Source: Alphaproteobacteria bacterium (GTDB lineage Bacteria; Pseudomonadota; Alphaproteobacteria; MPNO01; UBA830). From it: a DNA stretch of 64,000 nucleotides. The stretch covers positions 3,136,001 to 3,200,000 of the forward strand of contig OZ219791.1 of NCBI GenBank assembly GCA_964291215.2. Reading direction: 5' to 3'. The translations under genes were made by a program, and so were the position numbers. This document shows positions 52,843 through 63,792 of the stretch, one piece after another; position 1 is the stretch's first letter, and every line of letters starts with the position of its first letter. The notes beneath the pieces are model-generated. The model worked only from the letters and a program-made list of their open reading frames with translations, was not told the DNA's origin and did not search any database.

Positions 52843-53638
52843 GAAACGCGGACGCGTTTCAGCCGACACCCGATCGAAGTTCAGATGTCCTGACCTCGTG
52901 AGTTGGCTTGATCAGTCCGCCCCCCCTTTCCAACACCAATGAACGGGTTTCCCGGTTTTTTGCTGTCGAGAGTTAGCGACACGCCGAACGGCCAGCCTGG
53001 CGGAGAAATCCTCAATGCGCTAACATTCACCTTGGACCAGTCGACGGGGGCAGGTCATGATTTACACTCCGTCGGCATGGAGCGGTCTCCGTGCTTGTTA
53101 TAACTGATTGATATATTGTCCAATTACACGGATTCATGGTCCATGCAAACCCTCATGGCAAAACATGCGGGCTGTTCCGGACACGCCCGGACCGATGGCC
53201 GCACCGCCCGCCGGGGCATTCGCCGTCCGGTGCCGGCGGGGCTGAAGGACTGGCTGATGGCGCCGGAGGCGCCTCCCGAGGCGATCCGAGCCTATGCCGA
53301 AGAGACCGGTCGCTTTCACCGCGAGCGCTTGTCGGCCGTCCCGGCCGACCTTCCGGACATCCACCCCAACGTGGCGGAAATCGGCCGCCGCAAGGTGGGG
53401 CGGCTCGCCGAGGCGCCGAACCGCCCGGAGAACCGCGGCGAGGCGGTGTCCGCGATACGAGGCCTGATCGAGCGCATCGCGCTGGTACCGGGCGAGAAGT
53501 GGGGCGAGGTTCACACCACCCCGCACGATGATCCCGCGGCCGTCCTCGGTTGGACCGCCAAGGGGGACGGAAAGAACAGGGGTGGAAGCTCGCTGCCGGG
53601 AATGTCGGTCTCGGCTGAAACGCGGACCCGATTCGGCC
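52843..53638 (+). mobile_element. Collapsed serine-integrase element bounded by attL/attR-like sites
   Basis: GAAACGCG-GA-CGCGTTTCAGCCGA (52843-52866) and TCGGCTGAAACGCG-GA-CCCG (53611-53630); internal large serine recombinase C-terminal remnant (PDIHPNVAE..IRGLIERI) and an IS3-like end at about 53033-53057. Confidence 0.65.
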
Positions 53639-53650
53639 TAGACTGTCGCC

Positions 53651-56600
53651 ATGCCTGATCCCGGCTTTGTCCATCTGAGGGTGCATTCCGCCTACTCGCT
53701 CCTTGAGGGCGCGATCCGGCTCAGAGAATTGCCGGAACTGTGCCGGCGCCACCTCATGCCTGCCGTTGCCGTCACCGACACCAACAATATGTTCGCCGCG
53801 ATGGAGTTCGCCATGGTGGCGTCCAACGCCGGTATCCAGCCGATCATCGGCTGTCAGCTAGACCTCGCCGGCGACGATGCGGCAAGCGGAGCGAACCCGC
53901 ATGTTCCGGCGCATCGCCGTCGCCATGACCGCCTCGTGCTTCTGGCGCAGGACGAGAGCGGCTATCGCAACCTGATGCAGCTGTCGTCGGACGCATTCCT
54001 GGCCAGCAAGGCCGGCGAGGTTCATACGACATTCGAGCGGCTTGAGAGGCACGGCGACGGGCTGATCTGTCTTTCCGGGGGGCCTGACGGACCGCTCGGA
54101 CGCCTGCTTGAAGGAGGCCAGCGCGAGGCCGCCGCGGTCATGGTGCGGCGGCTTGCCGGATTGTTTCCGGGGCGTTTCTATGTCGAGCTGCAGCGTCACG
54201 GGCTCGAGATCGAGGATCGCATTGAGCTCGGCCTCGTCGAACTTGCAAACGCAGAGGGCCTGCCGCTGGTCGCCACTAACGATGTCTATTTTGCGGAGGC
54301 CGAACTGCATCAGGCGCATGATGCGCTGCTGTGCATCGATCAGGGTGTGCCGGTGAGCGACCAGAATCGCCGCCAGCTTACCGCGAACCACTATTTCCGT
54401 TCTGCGGACGAGATGCGCGAACTGTTCTCCGACATCCCCGAGGCGGTCGACAATACGGTCGTGATTGCGCGGCGCTGCGCCTACATGCCGCCGCAGCGCG
54501 ACCCCATATTGCCGCCCTTCGCCGACGGCGATGATGGCGACGAGGTGGAGGTGCTGCGTACGCAGGCGCGGGCAGGGTTGGAAGCGCGGCTTGAGAAACA
54601 TGTCTTCGACAGTGCCATGGATGCCGCTGCGCGCGATGAAAAGGCCCGTCCGTACAGGGACCAGCTCGACTTCGAGCTCGGCGTCATCATCGACATGGGC
54701 TTTCCCGGCTATTTTCTGATCGTCGCCGACTTCATCCGGTGGGCCAAGGAGCAAGGCATCCCGGTGGGACCGGGACGCGGCTCCGGGGCCGGGTCCGTTG
54801 TCTCGTGGGCGCTGGCGATCACGGATCTCGATCCACTCCGTTTCGGCCTGCTGTTCGAGCGTTTCCTCAATCCGGAACGCGTATCGATGCCGGACTTCGA
54901 CATCGATTTCTGCCAGGATGGACGCGACAGGGTCATCGACTATGTGCGCCAGAAATACGGCGCCGACAGGGTGGCCAATATCATTACATTTGGGACGTTG
55001 CAGGCGCGCGCGGTCCTGCGCGATGTCGGGCGGGTGCTCGGCATGCCGTACGGTCAGGTCGACCGCATCTGCAAGATGGTGCCGTTCAATCCGGCGCAGC
55101 CGCCGACGCTGCAGGAAGCGATTGACGCCGAACCTGACCTTCGGGAAATGCGCCACAGCGACGAGAGCGTGGCCCAGCTGATCGACATCTCGCTCAAGCT
55201 CGAGGGCCTGTACCGCCATGCCTCGACCCATGCCGCCGGCGTGATCATCGGAGACCGGCCGCTCACCGAACTGGTTCCGCTCTACCGCGATCCGCGCGAG
55301 GGGCAGCTGGCGACACAGTTCTCCATGAAATACGCGGAGGCGGCAGGGCTTGTGAAGTTCGATTTCCTTGGCCTCAAGACCCTGACCGTCCTTCAGAAGG
55401 CGTGCAAGCTGGCGGCTGACAGGGGGGAGGAAATCGACCTCGACAGCCTGCCGCTCGACGATCCGGAGACCTTCGAGTTGCTGGGGCGCGGTGATGCGGT
55501 GGGCATATTTCAGCTCGAAAGCGGTGGCATGCGCGATGCGCTGCGCCAGATGAAACCGGACAGTTTCGAGGATATCATCGCCCTGGTCTCGCTATACCGG
55601 CCTGGCCCGATGGACAACATTCCCCGCTACATCGCCTGCAAGCATGGCGATGAGGAACCCGACTATCTCCACCCCGATCTGCAGCCTGTCCTTGAAGAGA
55701 CCTTCGGTGTCATCATCTACCAGGAACAGGTGATGGAAATCGCCAAGATCCTGTCGGGATATTCTCTCGGAGGTGCCGACCTCCTGCGCCGCGCGATGGG
55801 CAAGAAGATCAAGTCGGAAATGGAAGCCCAGCGGCAGGTCTTCGTCAACGGCGCGGTCGCCCGGGGCGTCGGGCGCGGCCGTGCGTCGACGATCTTCGAT
55901 CTTGTCGACAAGTTTGCTGGCTATGGCTTCAACAAGTCGCACGCCGCAGCCTACGCCCTCGTGGCCTACCAGACGGCGTGGCTGAAGGCTCACTATCCGG
56001 TCGAGTTCCTTGCCGCTTCGATGACGCTCGATTACGGCAATATCGACAAGCTTGGTGTCTTCCGCCAGGAGCTGGTGCGGCTCGGCATCGAACTGCTGCC
56101 GCCCGACATCAACAGGTCGCAGGCGTTCTTTTCGGTGGAGCCCGTGGCCAATGGCGGTGTCCGCCATGCGGTGCGCTATGCGCTTGCAGCGATCAGGAAC
56201 GTCGGCGCGAAGGCTATGGAGGAAATGGTCGAGGAGCGGGACCGGAACGGGCCGTACAGGAGCCTGACGGACTTCGCGTCGCGCCTCGGCGCAGACGGCG
56301 CCAACAAGCGCCAGCTTGAGAATCTCGCGCGTGCGGGCGCGTTCGATTCCCTGGATGCGAACCGCAGGCGCCTGCACGAGGGTGCAGAACACATCATGCG
56401 TTTTGCTGCCAGCGCGGAAGCCGAACGCAGCAGCGGCCAGGCCAACCTGTTCGGTTCGTCCGACAGTTCAGCCGAATCCGGGGTCGGACTTTGGCTTCCG
56501 GACTGCACGGACTGGCCGACCATGGAACGGTTGGCGAACGAGTACGAGGCGGTCGGCTGCTATCTGTCGGCGCATCCGCTCGACCGCTACGTTCACCGGC

Positions 56601-57136
56601 TCCGGCGCCTCGGCGTGACGCCGGCAAAGAACCTAGCCTCGCTTGCCGCCGGTGCCGAAACGCAGATGGCCGGCGTGGTGATCGGTTGCCAGGAACGCAT
56701 CTCGAACAAGGGGGAACGTTACGCCTTTGTCAAGTTTTCCGATCCGTCCGACACCTGCGAGATCCTAGTGTCGGCCAAGCTGCTGCGGGAATCTCAGGAG
56801 CTCGTCAAGGCTGGCCGGGAGCTCCATGTGACTGTCGGACTCGGCAGGGAAGAAGGTGACGCGAGGCTCTATGCTCGCGAGATCCGGCCCCTTGATAAAC
56901 TACTTGCCCGCGACAGGGGGGACGTCAAGCTGGTCGTCAACGACAAGCGTGCCGTCGACGGCATCAGGCGCATCCTGGAATCGGCGGAGCCAGGCAAGGA
57001 CGCCTTGGCGCTGATCATCAGGACCACCGACTGCCAGGAGGTGGAACTCCAGTTACGGGGCGGGATAGCGCTTACCGACCGGTTCAGGGCCTCTGTCGAG
57101 AACCTGCCGGGGGTGGCGGAGGTTCTGGACCTGTAG
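53651..57136 (+). CDS. dnaE: DNA polymerase III alpha subunit
   Basis: FVHLRVHSAYSLLEG, GPGRGSGAGS, PDFDIDF, KFDFLGL, FNKSHAAAY. Confidence 0.98.
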   Translation: MPDPGFVHLRVHSAYSLLEGAIRLRELPELCRRHLMPAVAVTDTNNMFAAMEFAMVASNAGIQPIIGCQLDLAGDDAASGANPHVPAHRRRHDRLVLLAQDESGYRNLMQLSSDAFLASKAGEVHTTFERLERHGDGLICLSGGPDGPLGRLLEGGQREAAAVMVRRLAGLFPGRFYVELQRHGLEIEDRIELGLVELANAEGLPLVATNDVYFAEAELHQAHDALLCIDQGVPVSDQNRRQLTANHYFRSADEMRELFSDIPEAVDNTVVIARRCAYMPPQRDPILPPFADGDDGDEVEVLRTQARAGLEARLEKHVFDSAMDAAARDEKARPYRDQLDFELGVIIDMGFPGYFLIVADFIRWAKEQGIPVGPGRGSGAGSVVSWALAITDLDPLRFGLLFERFLNPERVSMPDFDIDFCQDGRDRVIDYVRQKYGADRVANIITFGTLQARAVLRDVGRVLGMPYGQVDRICKMVPFNPAQPPTLQEAIDAEPDLREMRHSDESVAQLIDISLKLEGLYRHASTHAAGVIIGDRPLTELVPLYRDPREGQLATQFSMKYAEAAGLVKFDFLGLKTLTVLQKACKLAADRGEEIDLDSLPLDDPETFELLGRGDAVGIFQLESGGMRDALRQMKPDSFEDIIALVSLYRPGPMDNIPRYIACKHGDEEPDYLHPDLQPVLEETFGVIIYQEQVMEIAKILSGYSLGGADLLRRAMGKKIKSEMEAQRQVFVNGAVARGVGRGRASTIFDLVDKFAGYGFNKSHAAAYALVAYQTAWLKAHYPVEFLAASMTLDYGNIDKLGVFRQELVRLGIELLPPDINRSQAFFSVEPVANGGVRHAVRYALAAIRNVGAKAMEEMVEERDRNGPYRSLTDFASRLGADGANKRQLENLARAGAFDSLDANRRRLHEGAEHIMRFAASAEAERSSGQANLFGSSDSSAESGVGLWLPDCTDWPTMERLANEYEAVGCYLSAHPLDRYVHRLRRLGVTPAKNLASLAAGAETQMAGVVIGCQERISNKGERYAFVKFSDPSDTCEILVSAKLLRESQELVKAGRELHVTVGLGREEGDARLYAREIRPLDKLLARDRGDVKLVVNDKRAVDGIRRILESAEPGKDALALIIRTTDCQEVELQLRGGIALTDRFRASVENLPGVAEVLDL

Positions 57137-57211
57137 GAGTTCAGCACGCCATCGGCCGGGGCGCACGTTACGATGGCAAGGAATTGGGGAACCGCCTTGG
57201 AAGGGTTACTT

Positions 57212-57373
57212 CATGACTTTCCCGCGCTGCATTCGATCTTGCCGATTGCTGATGGAGGGAGGTTGCACCGCCTGCCGGGTTTTCTGGCCGCGGGGCCGTC
57301 CACGGGTCGTCGCAGCTGGAAAACCTGGCAAGAATGCGGAAATTTGTGCCCCGTTCAGCGGTCGTTCAAGACA
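57212..57373. mobile_element. Truncated copy of the 13090 MITE
   Basis: Near-identical to 13090-13252; right TIR missing; abuts hsdS remnant. Confidence 0.85.
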
Positions 57374-59492
57374 TCTCTCGTTCCTCCCGATGGACGCTGT
57401 TGGCGAGTATGGGGGCCTAAACTTGGACGATGTGCGAGAACTGGCGATGTCTACGACGGCTATTTCTATCTTGCAGATGGTGATGTTTGTATTGCGAAAA
57501 TCACGCCTGCTTCGAAAATGGGAAAGGTGCCCTTGCCAAAGGTCTTGCCAACGGCGTTGGGTTTGGTACAACCGAGTTGCATGTGATCCGCCCAGGCTCG
57601 CAATTGGACCGACACTTCCTGTTTTGTGTTTCAATTGCACACGATTTCGGAAAACTCGGCGAGTCGGAAATGTACGGCGCTGGAGGGCAGAAGCGAATTG
57701 ATGAAAACTTCATCAGGAATTGGAAGCCGCCCCTTCCCCCGCTCGCCACGCAACGGCGGATCGCGCGGTTTCTTGATGAGAGGCCGGCGCGAATCGACGG
57801 GTTGATCGAGAAACTGGTGGGTTGCGATGCGCGCGCCAGTGCATCGAAAAATCATCCCAATTCCGTATCTACTCACCCCTTGTTGGGTTCTGATTGGCCA
57901 TAGTGCTCGTTGATGATGTCTGCGGCTTTTCCGTCGAGGGCGATCTGGGTGGCGACGAGTGGGTTGTAGCCGAGTGCGGCCATGGAGGTGAGGTAGCTTG
58001 AGCCCCGGCACCATGCTTTTGCGTGGAGCGGAAGCATCCGGACACCTTGACCTTTGCCATCCTGATCTTCTGTTCTCCGGCATTGTTGGTGAAGCTGACG
58101 TTGGGGTCGTCTGTGAAGCGCAGGTTTTCGTGTTTCACGAGACGTTCGCGCAGGTTGTGCGCGTTTGCGTCCACGTTTTCCTTTCGGCGGCGGCGGGATA
58201 TCGGGCAGTTCCCTGGCGCCCTGCGTGAGGATGGTGCGGTAGCGCTTGCGCCCGGCGTCGTTCAGGGTCTTGGATGCGCTCTTGTTGACCTTGTGGCAGA
58301 CCTCGCGGAGCAGGCTCTTCATCAGTCGCGCGGTAGCCTCGACGACAAAGGTCAGTTCGCGCAGCAGGTGGCTGCCGCACAGCTGGTGGCTACATTGGCC
58401 CATGTACGAGGCCCAGGACGCCCTTGTAACACGGGCCGATCTCTTGCCCGCGCTTGCGGTGCGGGAACTTACACGTCAGGGTCCCACGACATGGAGCCAC
58501 TTACTGTTGATCCGAAATCGTCGACATCGGGCGTTGCAGGAGGTGCGCCACGGCGGCCTCCTCCCATGACGCATCGTGAAAGCATAGCCGAGGCCTCGGA
58601 GAGCTTGATGCCGGAGATCGCCTGCACGAACGCGACGGCACGGCGCAGGGACAGCATTTGGGCGACCAGCAGGTTGATGACGAGGGCCTGAATGCCGATG
58701 CCGTACTGCACGGGATGTTGTCGGGGAACCGGCCCTTGGTCCGGGCTTTGCACTTCGGGCATTCCTTGATCTCGGCGCGGCGCTCGACGACCTCGAACAC
58801 GATGTCATAGAGGACGCGGCGCTCCCGATCGACGGGGCCGTCAATGTCGGCGCCGCAGGCGCCGCAGGCGTCGCAGGCCGCGACCGTTTCCTCGACGATG
58901 GTCTTGCGCAGGTTGTCGCCCATCTGCCGGTTCGGCTTCGGGCCCTTGCCGTTGCTTCCGGCACGCTCTTGTCCGTCTGTGACGGCGGCAGACCGGAGTT
59001 CCGGCTCGTGCGTAGTCTTCTCCAGAAGGACGACGATGAGGATTTCGAGCAGGATGACGAAGACGCGGATGACGGCCTCTTCCGCCACCTTGCCGGCAGC
59101 GCCGCGGTCCTGGCCGCTTCGAACTCCTCGCGCGCCGCCCGTCGCCATCACCCGGCCTTGCGCTTCATCAGCGCGCCGCTTCCGAGATGCGTTTCCACAT
59201 ACAGATCATGCGGAGGCTGGAGCCCCGGAAGCAGCTGGCACAGCCCGCTCGTCGCCTTCGATCCAAAGTAGCCCACTGGCGGTCCTTGTCGTTCTCGATG
59301 ACCACCACTAAGCGAATCGGCCTGCAATGTCAAATCTCCACGAAAACCCGTTCGTTACTCTACCCCGACATCAAGCCGGAACCAGGGGGTGAGCAGTTAC
59401 CCAATTCCAAGAGCCTTTTGGGCTTGCTCATGGAGTATCGTTCGGCGTTGATCACAGCAGCCGTTACAGGCCAACTCGCGGACCTGCAATGA
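57374..59492 (+). pseudogene. hsdS: Type I R-M specificity subunit, 5'-truncated, frameshifted and interrupted by IS66 copy 3
   Basis: AKITP/CFENGKG..GFGTTELHV, GAGGQKR, PLPPLATQRRIARFLD; resumes at 59401 with LLMEYRSALITAAVTGQ. Confidence 0.9.
57865..59400 (-). mobile_element. IS66-family MTase-type element, copy 3
   Basis: TIR GTATCTACTCACCCC / GGGGTGAGCAGTTAC; 8-bp TSD CCAATTCC. Confidence 0.95.
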
Positions 59493-59606
59493 CACCCGGC
59501 GTCTCGACATATGCGATGTTACGGTCAGTCTTGGTCATTCAACCTGCTTGCGCATTCGTTCGGGAACGGGTTTGGTGGACAACTCCATGAGATGCGATGT
59601 TTCAAC

Positions 59607-60764
59607 ATGACTCGGGTGGCCGTCAGTCCGAAAGTGCTTTGTTGGGCTCGGGAGCGCGCCGGGCTCAGCCTGGCCGACCTTGAAGACAGGTTCCCGAGGT
59701 TGGCCGAGTGGGAGAATGCGTCCATCCAGCCCACGATGCGCCAGTTGCAGGACTTCGCCAAAAAGACGCGGGTGCCGTACGGATTTCTTTTCCTGCCGGA
59801 ACCGCCGGCGATGGGGTTGCCATTCGCGGATTTCCGCACAGTCGAAAACCAACGCCCCGAAGGCATCAGCCCGGAGCTGATGGACACCGTTCACCTCATG
59901 CGGCGGCGGCAGGCCTGGCTGCGGGAAGAGCGGCTGGAAGCGGAAGCATCGCCGGTGGGCTTCGTCGGCACCGCGTCGCTGTCAGACACCCCGGCGGCCA
60001 TCGGCCGGGAAATGCGGCGCGTACTCGGTCTGGTTGACGGTTGGGCAAAGCGGGTGCCCAACTGGACGGCAGCCGTGGGCGAACTACGCAAAACCATCGA
60101 AGCAGTCGGCGTCATGGCGGTCATCAACGGCGTTGTCGGCAACAATGCTCATCGCAAGCTGGATGTGAACGAGTTTCGCGGCTTTGCCCTGAGCGACCCC
60201 TATGCCCCGCTGATCTTCGTCAACGGGGCTAACGCCAAGTCCGCCCAGATGTTCACCCTCGCGCATGAATTGGCGCATTTGTGGCTGGGCGATGCGGGCG
60301 AGGGCTTGTCCGGCTTCAAGGGGCTGCAACCAGGCAATGGAGCGGTAGAGCGATTTTGCAACCGGGCGGCGGCCGAGTTCCTCGTACCTGCCGCCGGATT
60401 TCAGGCCGCCTGGGACGGGGTTGCCGGTAGCGAAGCCCCGTTGGAGAGTCTGGCCAGGCACTTCAAGGTCAGCCCGGTGGTGGTCGGGCGCCGGGCAATG
60501 GATCTGGGCTTGATGGAGCGAGACGAGTTTCTCAGTTTCTACGACGACTACACCCGGAGCGAACACCGAAGAAGGCAAACGGGAACCGGCAGCGGAGATT
60601 TCTACAATAACCAGAATAGCCGCGTGGGCCGCTTGTTTGCTTCTCACCTGATCCGGGCGGCCAAGGAGGGGCGCGTCGGCTTCAAGGAAGCCTACGACCT
60701 GACCGGGCTTCATGCCGGCACGTTCCAGAGATATGCCCGCAAACTCGAAATCACGCTACCGTGA
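59607..60764 (+). CDS. HTH + ImmA/IrrE (DUF955) metallopeptidase
   Basis: WARERAGLS..WE..PT..QL HTH; FRGFAL, FTLAHELAH HExxH motif, ERFCNRAAAEFL. Confidence 0.92.
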   Translation: MTRVAVSPKVLCWARERAGLSLADLEDRFPRLAEWENASIQPTMRQLQDFAKKTRVPYGFLFLPEPPAMGLPFADFRTVENQRPEGISPELMDTVHLMRRRQAWLREERLEAEASPVGFVGTASLSDTPAAIGREMRRVLGLVDGWAKRVPNWTAAVGELRKTIEAVGVMAVINGVVGNNAHRKLDVNEFRGFALSDPYAPLIFVNGANAKSAQMFTLAHELAHLWLGDAGEGLSGFKGLQPGNGAVERFCNRAAAEFLVPAAGFQAAWDGVAGSEAPLESLARHFKVSPVVVGRRAMDLGLMERDEFLSFYDDYTRSEHRRRQTGTGSGDFYNNQNSRVGRLFASHLIRAAKEGRVGFKEAYDLTGLHAGTFQRYARKLEITLP

Positions 60765-62838
60765 GTTCGTCGCCCGACTACCTCATCGATTCCGATGTGC
60801 TGATCACGGCGTAACTGCTCACCCCCTGGTTCCGGCTTGATGTCGGGGTAGAGCAACGAACGGGTTTTCGTGGAGATTTGACACTGCATGCCGATTCGTT
60901 TAGTGGTGGTCATCGAGAACGACGGGGACCGCCAGTGGGCTACTTTGGATCGAAGGCGACGAGCGGGCTGTGCCAGCTACTTCCGGGGCTCCAGCCCCCG
61001 CATGATCTGTATGTGAAAACGCATCTCGGAAGCGGCGCGCTGATGAAGCGCAAGGCCGGGTGATGGCGACGGGCGGCGCGCGAGGAGTTCGAAGCGGCCA
61101 AGACCCGGATCGCGGCGCTGCGTGCGGCCGGGCGGCAAGGTGGCGGAAGAGGCCGTGATCCGCGTCCTCGTCATCCTGCTCGACATCATCATCGTCGTCC
61201 TTCTGGAGAAGACCACGCAAGAGCCGGAACTCCGGTCTGCCGCCGTCACAGACGGACAAGAGCGTGCCGGAAGCAACGGCCCGAAGCCGAACCGGCAGAT
61301 GGGCGACAACCTGCGCAAGACCATCGTCGAGGAGACGGTCGCGGCCTGCGACGCCTGCGGCGCTGACATCGACGGCCCCGTCGATCGGGAGCGCCGCACG
61401 ACATCGTGTTCGAGGTTGTCGAGCGCCGCGCCGAGATCAAGGAATGCCCGAAGTGCAAGGCCCGGGGCCGGTTCCCCGAAAACATCCCGTGCAGTACGGC
61501 ATCGGCATCCAGGCCCTCGTTATCAACCTGCTGGTCGCCCAAATGCTGTCCCTGCGCCGTGCCGTCGCGTTCGTGCAGGCGATCTCCGGCATCAAGCTCT
61601 CCGAGGCCTCGGCTATGCTTTCACGATGCGTCATGGGAGGAGGCCGCCGTGGCGCACCTCCTGCAACGCCCGATGTCGACGATTTCGGATCAACAGTAAG
61701 TGGCTCCATGTCGTGGGACCCTGACGTGCAAGTTCCCGCACCGCAAGCGCGGGCAAGAGATCGGCCCGTGCTACAAGGGCGTCCTGGTCCACGACTGCTG
61801 GGCCTCGTACATGGGCCAGTGTAGCCACCAGCTGTGCGGCAGCCACCTGCTGCGCGAACTGACCTTCGTCGTCGAGGCTACCGCGCGACTTATGAAGAGC
61901 CTGCTCCGCGAGGTCTGCCACAAGGTCAACAAGAGCGCATCCAAGACCCTGAACGACGCCGGGCGCAAGCGCTACCGCACCATCCTCACGCAGGGCGCCA
62001 GGGAACTGCCCGATATCCCGCCGCCGCCGAAAGGAAAACGTGGACGCATAGCAAACGCGCACAACCTGCACGAACGTCTCGTGAAACACGAAAACCTGCG
62101 CTTCACAGACGACCCCAACGTCAGCTTCACCAACAATGCCGGAGAACAGAAAATCAGGATGGCAAAGGTCAAGGTGTCCGGATGCTTCCGCTCCACGCAA
62201 AAGCATGGTGCCGGGGCTCAAGCTACCTCACCTCCATGGCCGCACTCGGCTATAACCCACTCGTCGCCACCCAGATCGCCCTCGACGGAAAAGCCGCAGA
62301 CATCATCAACGAGCACTATGGCCAATCAGAACCCAACTAGGGGCGAGTAGATACATCACGGCGAAGAATCGATACTATGCGTTTCCGATTTGTCCGGGGT
62401 TCTGGGACAGCCTCCTGCACGGCCATTCGCTCGGGCACATTCACAGCATTGATCGAGTCAGGCAGGAATTGCTCCTCGGACGCAGCGACGATGATTTGGT
62501 GCGGTGGGTTGGTCAGTCCGTACCGGAAGGCTTTTTTCTCAGCAGCGATGCCGGAGCAGTCATCGCTGCATTTTACCCGGGTCATGCTCTGGGTGACGCG
62601 CCACGCGCAGTATTACGACGAGGCCAAGGCCAAGTTCGCCAGCGGCGCGGATGGCTGGCTGGTCGCTCACAGCATGGCGGGCGGGAAGACCGTTTTTACC
62701 AATGAGCAGCCACGCCCGGAGTCGCGCAACCAGATCAAGTTGCTCGATGTCTGCAATGCCTTCTCCGTCGATTTCGAGGACACTTTCGCCATGCTGCATG
62801 CACTTGGCGTCCAATATCGCTTTTCGCCGGGTTTGTGA
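60761..62838 (+). pseudogene. DUF4411 (PIN-like) protein interrupted by IS66 copy 4
   Basis: YLIDSDVLITA|KNRYYAFPICPGFWD rejoined across the TSD; ADGWLVA, TNE..IKL.DVC. Confidence 0.85.
60811..62354 (+). mobile_element. IS66-family MTase-type element, copy 4
   Basis: TIR GTAACTGCTCACCCC / GGGGCGAGTAGATAC; 8-bp TSD ATCACGGC. Confidence 0.95.
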
Positions 62839-62841
62839 GCG

Positions 62842-63792
62842 ATGCCCGCGCATACCGAACGTGATTACGAGAGGGTGATCGAGGCTGGGCTGATCGGCGC
62901 GGGCGGCTACCGGAAGCGCCGTCCGGACGCCTATGATAGTGCGCTTGCCCTCTTTCCCGATGATGTCGCCGGTTTCCTGAAGGACAGCCAGCCGGCCAGG
63001 TGGTAGGCACCGGAAAGGCTGCTCGGATCGAAGACCGCCGCGACAGTGCTGGATAGTCTGTGGAAGGAACTGGAAGTCAAGGGTACGCTGCATGTCCTGC
63101 GCCATGGCTTCAAGTGCTACGGCAAGACCCTGCGCATGGTCTGGTTCCGTCCCAACACTCACATGAACCCCGAGGCGGCGGAGAACTACGCCAGCAACCG
63201 GCTCACCGTGACGCGCCAGATCGCTTTCGCCTCAGTCATGAAGGGAGCCGACGGCAAGAACCGCCGCTACGTCGTCGACGTGACGCTGGCTGTCAACGGT
63301 ATCCCGGTGGTCACCGCCGAACTCGAGAACCCACTGACCAAACAGCGCGCCGCCGATGCGATCCGCCAGTACCGGAATGATCGCGACGGGCGTGACCTGC
63401 TCTTCGCTTTCAAGAAACGCGCACTGGTTCACTTTGCCCTGGACCCGGACGAGGCGTGGATGACGATCCGGCTGGAGGGCAAGGAGACCCGTTTCCTGCC
63501 CTTCAACCGGGGCCACGACCACGGAGCCGGCAACCCGCCGGTCGAGGGCGACTGGAGGACCCGGTACCTGTGGGACGAAGTGCTGCAAGCTGGGGACAGC
63601 CTGCTGGAAATCCTGCAACGCTTCATGCATCTGGAAGTGAAGAAAACGCAGGTCAAGACAGACAAGGGCGCGCACCGTGCGGCAGGAGGCGATGATCTTC
63701 CCGCGCTATCACCAGCTCGACGCGGTGCGGAAACTCGTCGCGCACGCCAGGGCCAACGGCGCGGGCCGGAACTACCTGATCCAGCATTCGCA
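62842..63792 (+). pseudogene. hsdR: Type I restriction subunit R, with nonsense codon, frameshift and truncation
   Basis: HTERDYE, in-frame TAG at 63004, GTLHVLRHGFK, DVTLAVNGIPVVTAELEN, FLPFNRG, IFPRYHQLDAV, NYLIQHS. Confidence 0.9.
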
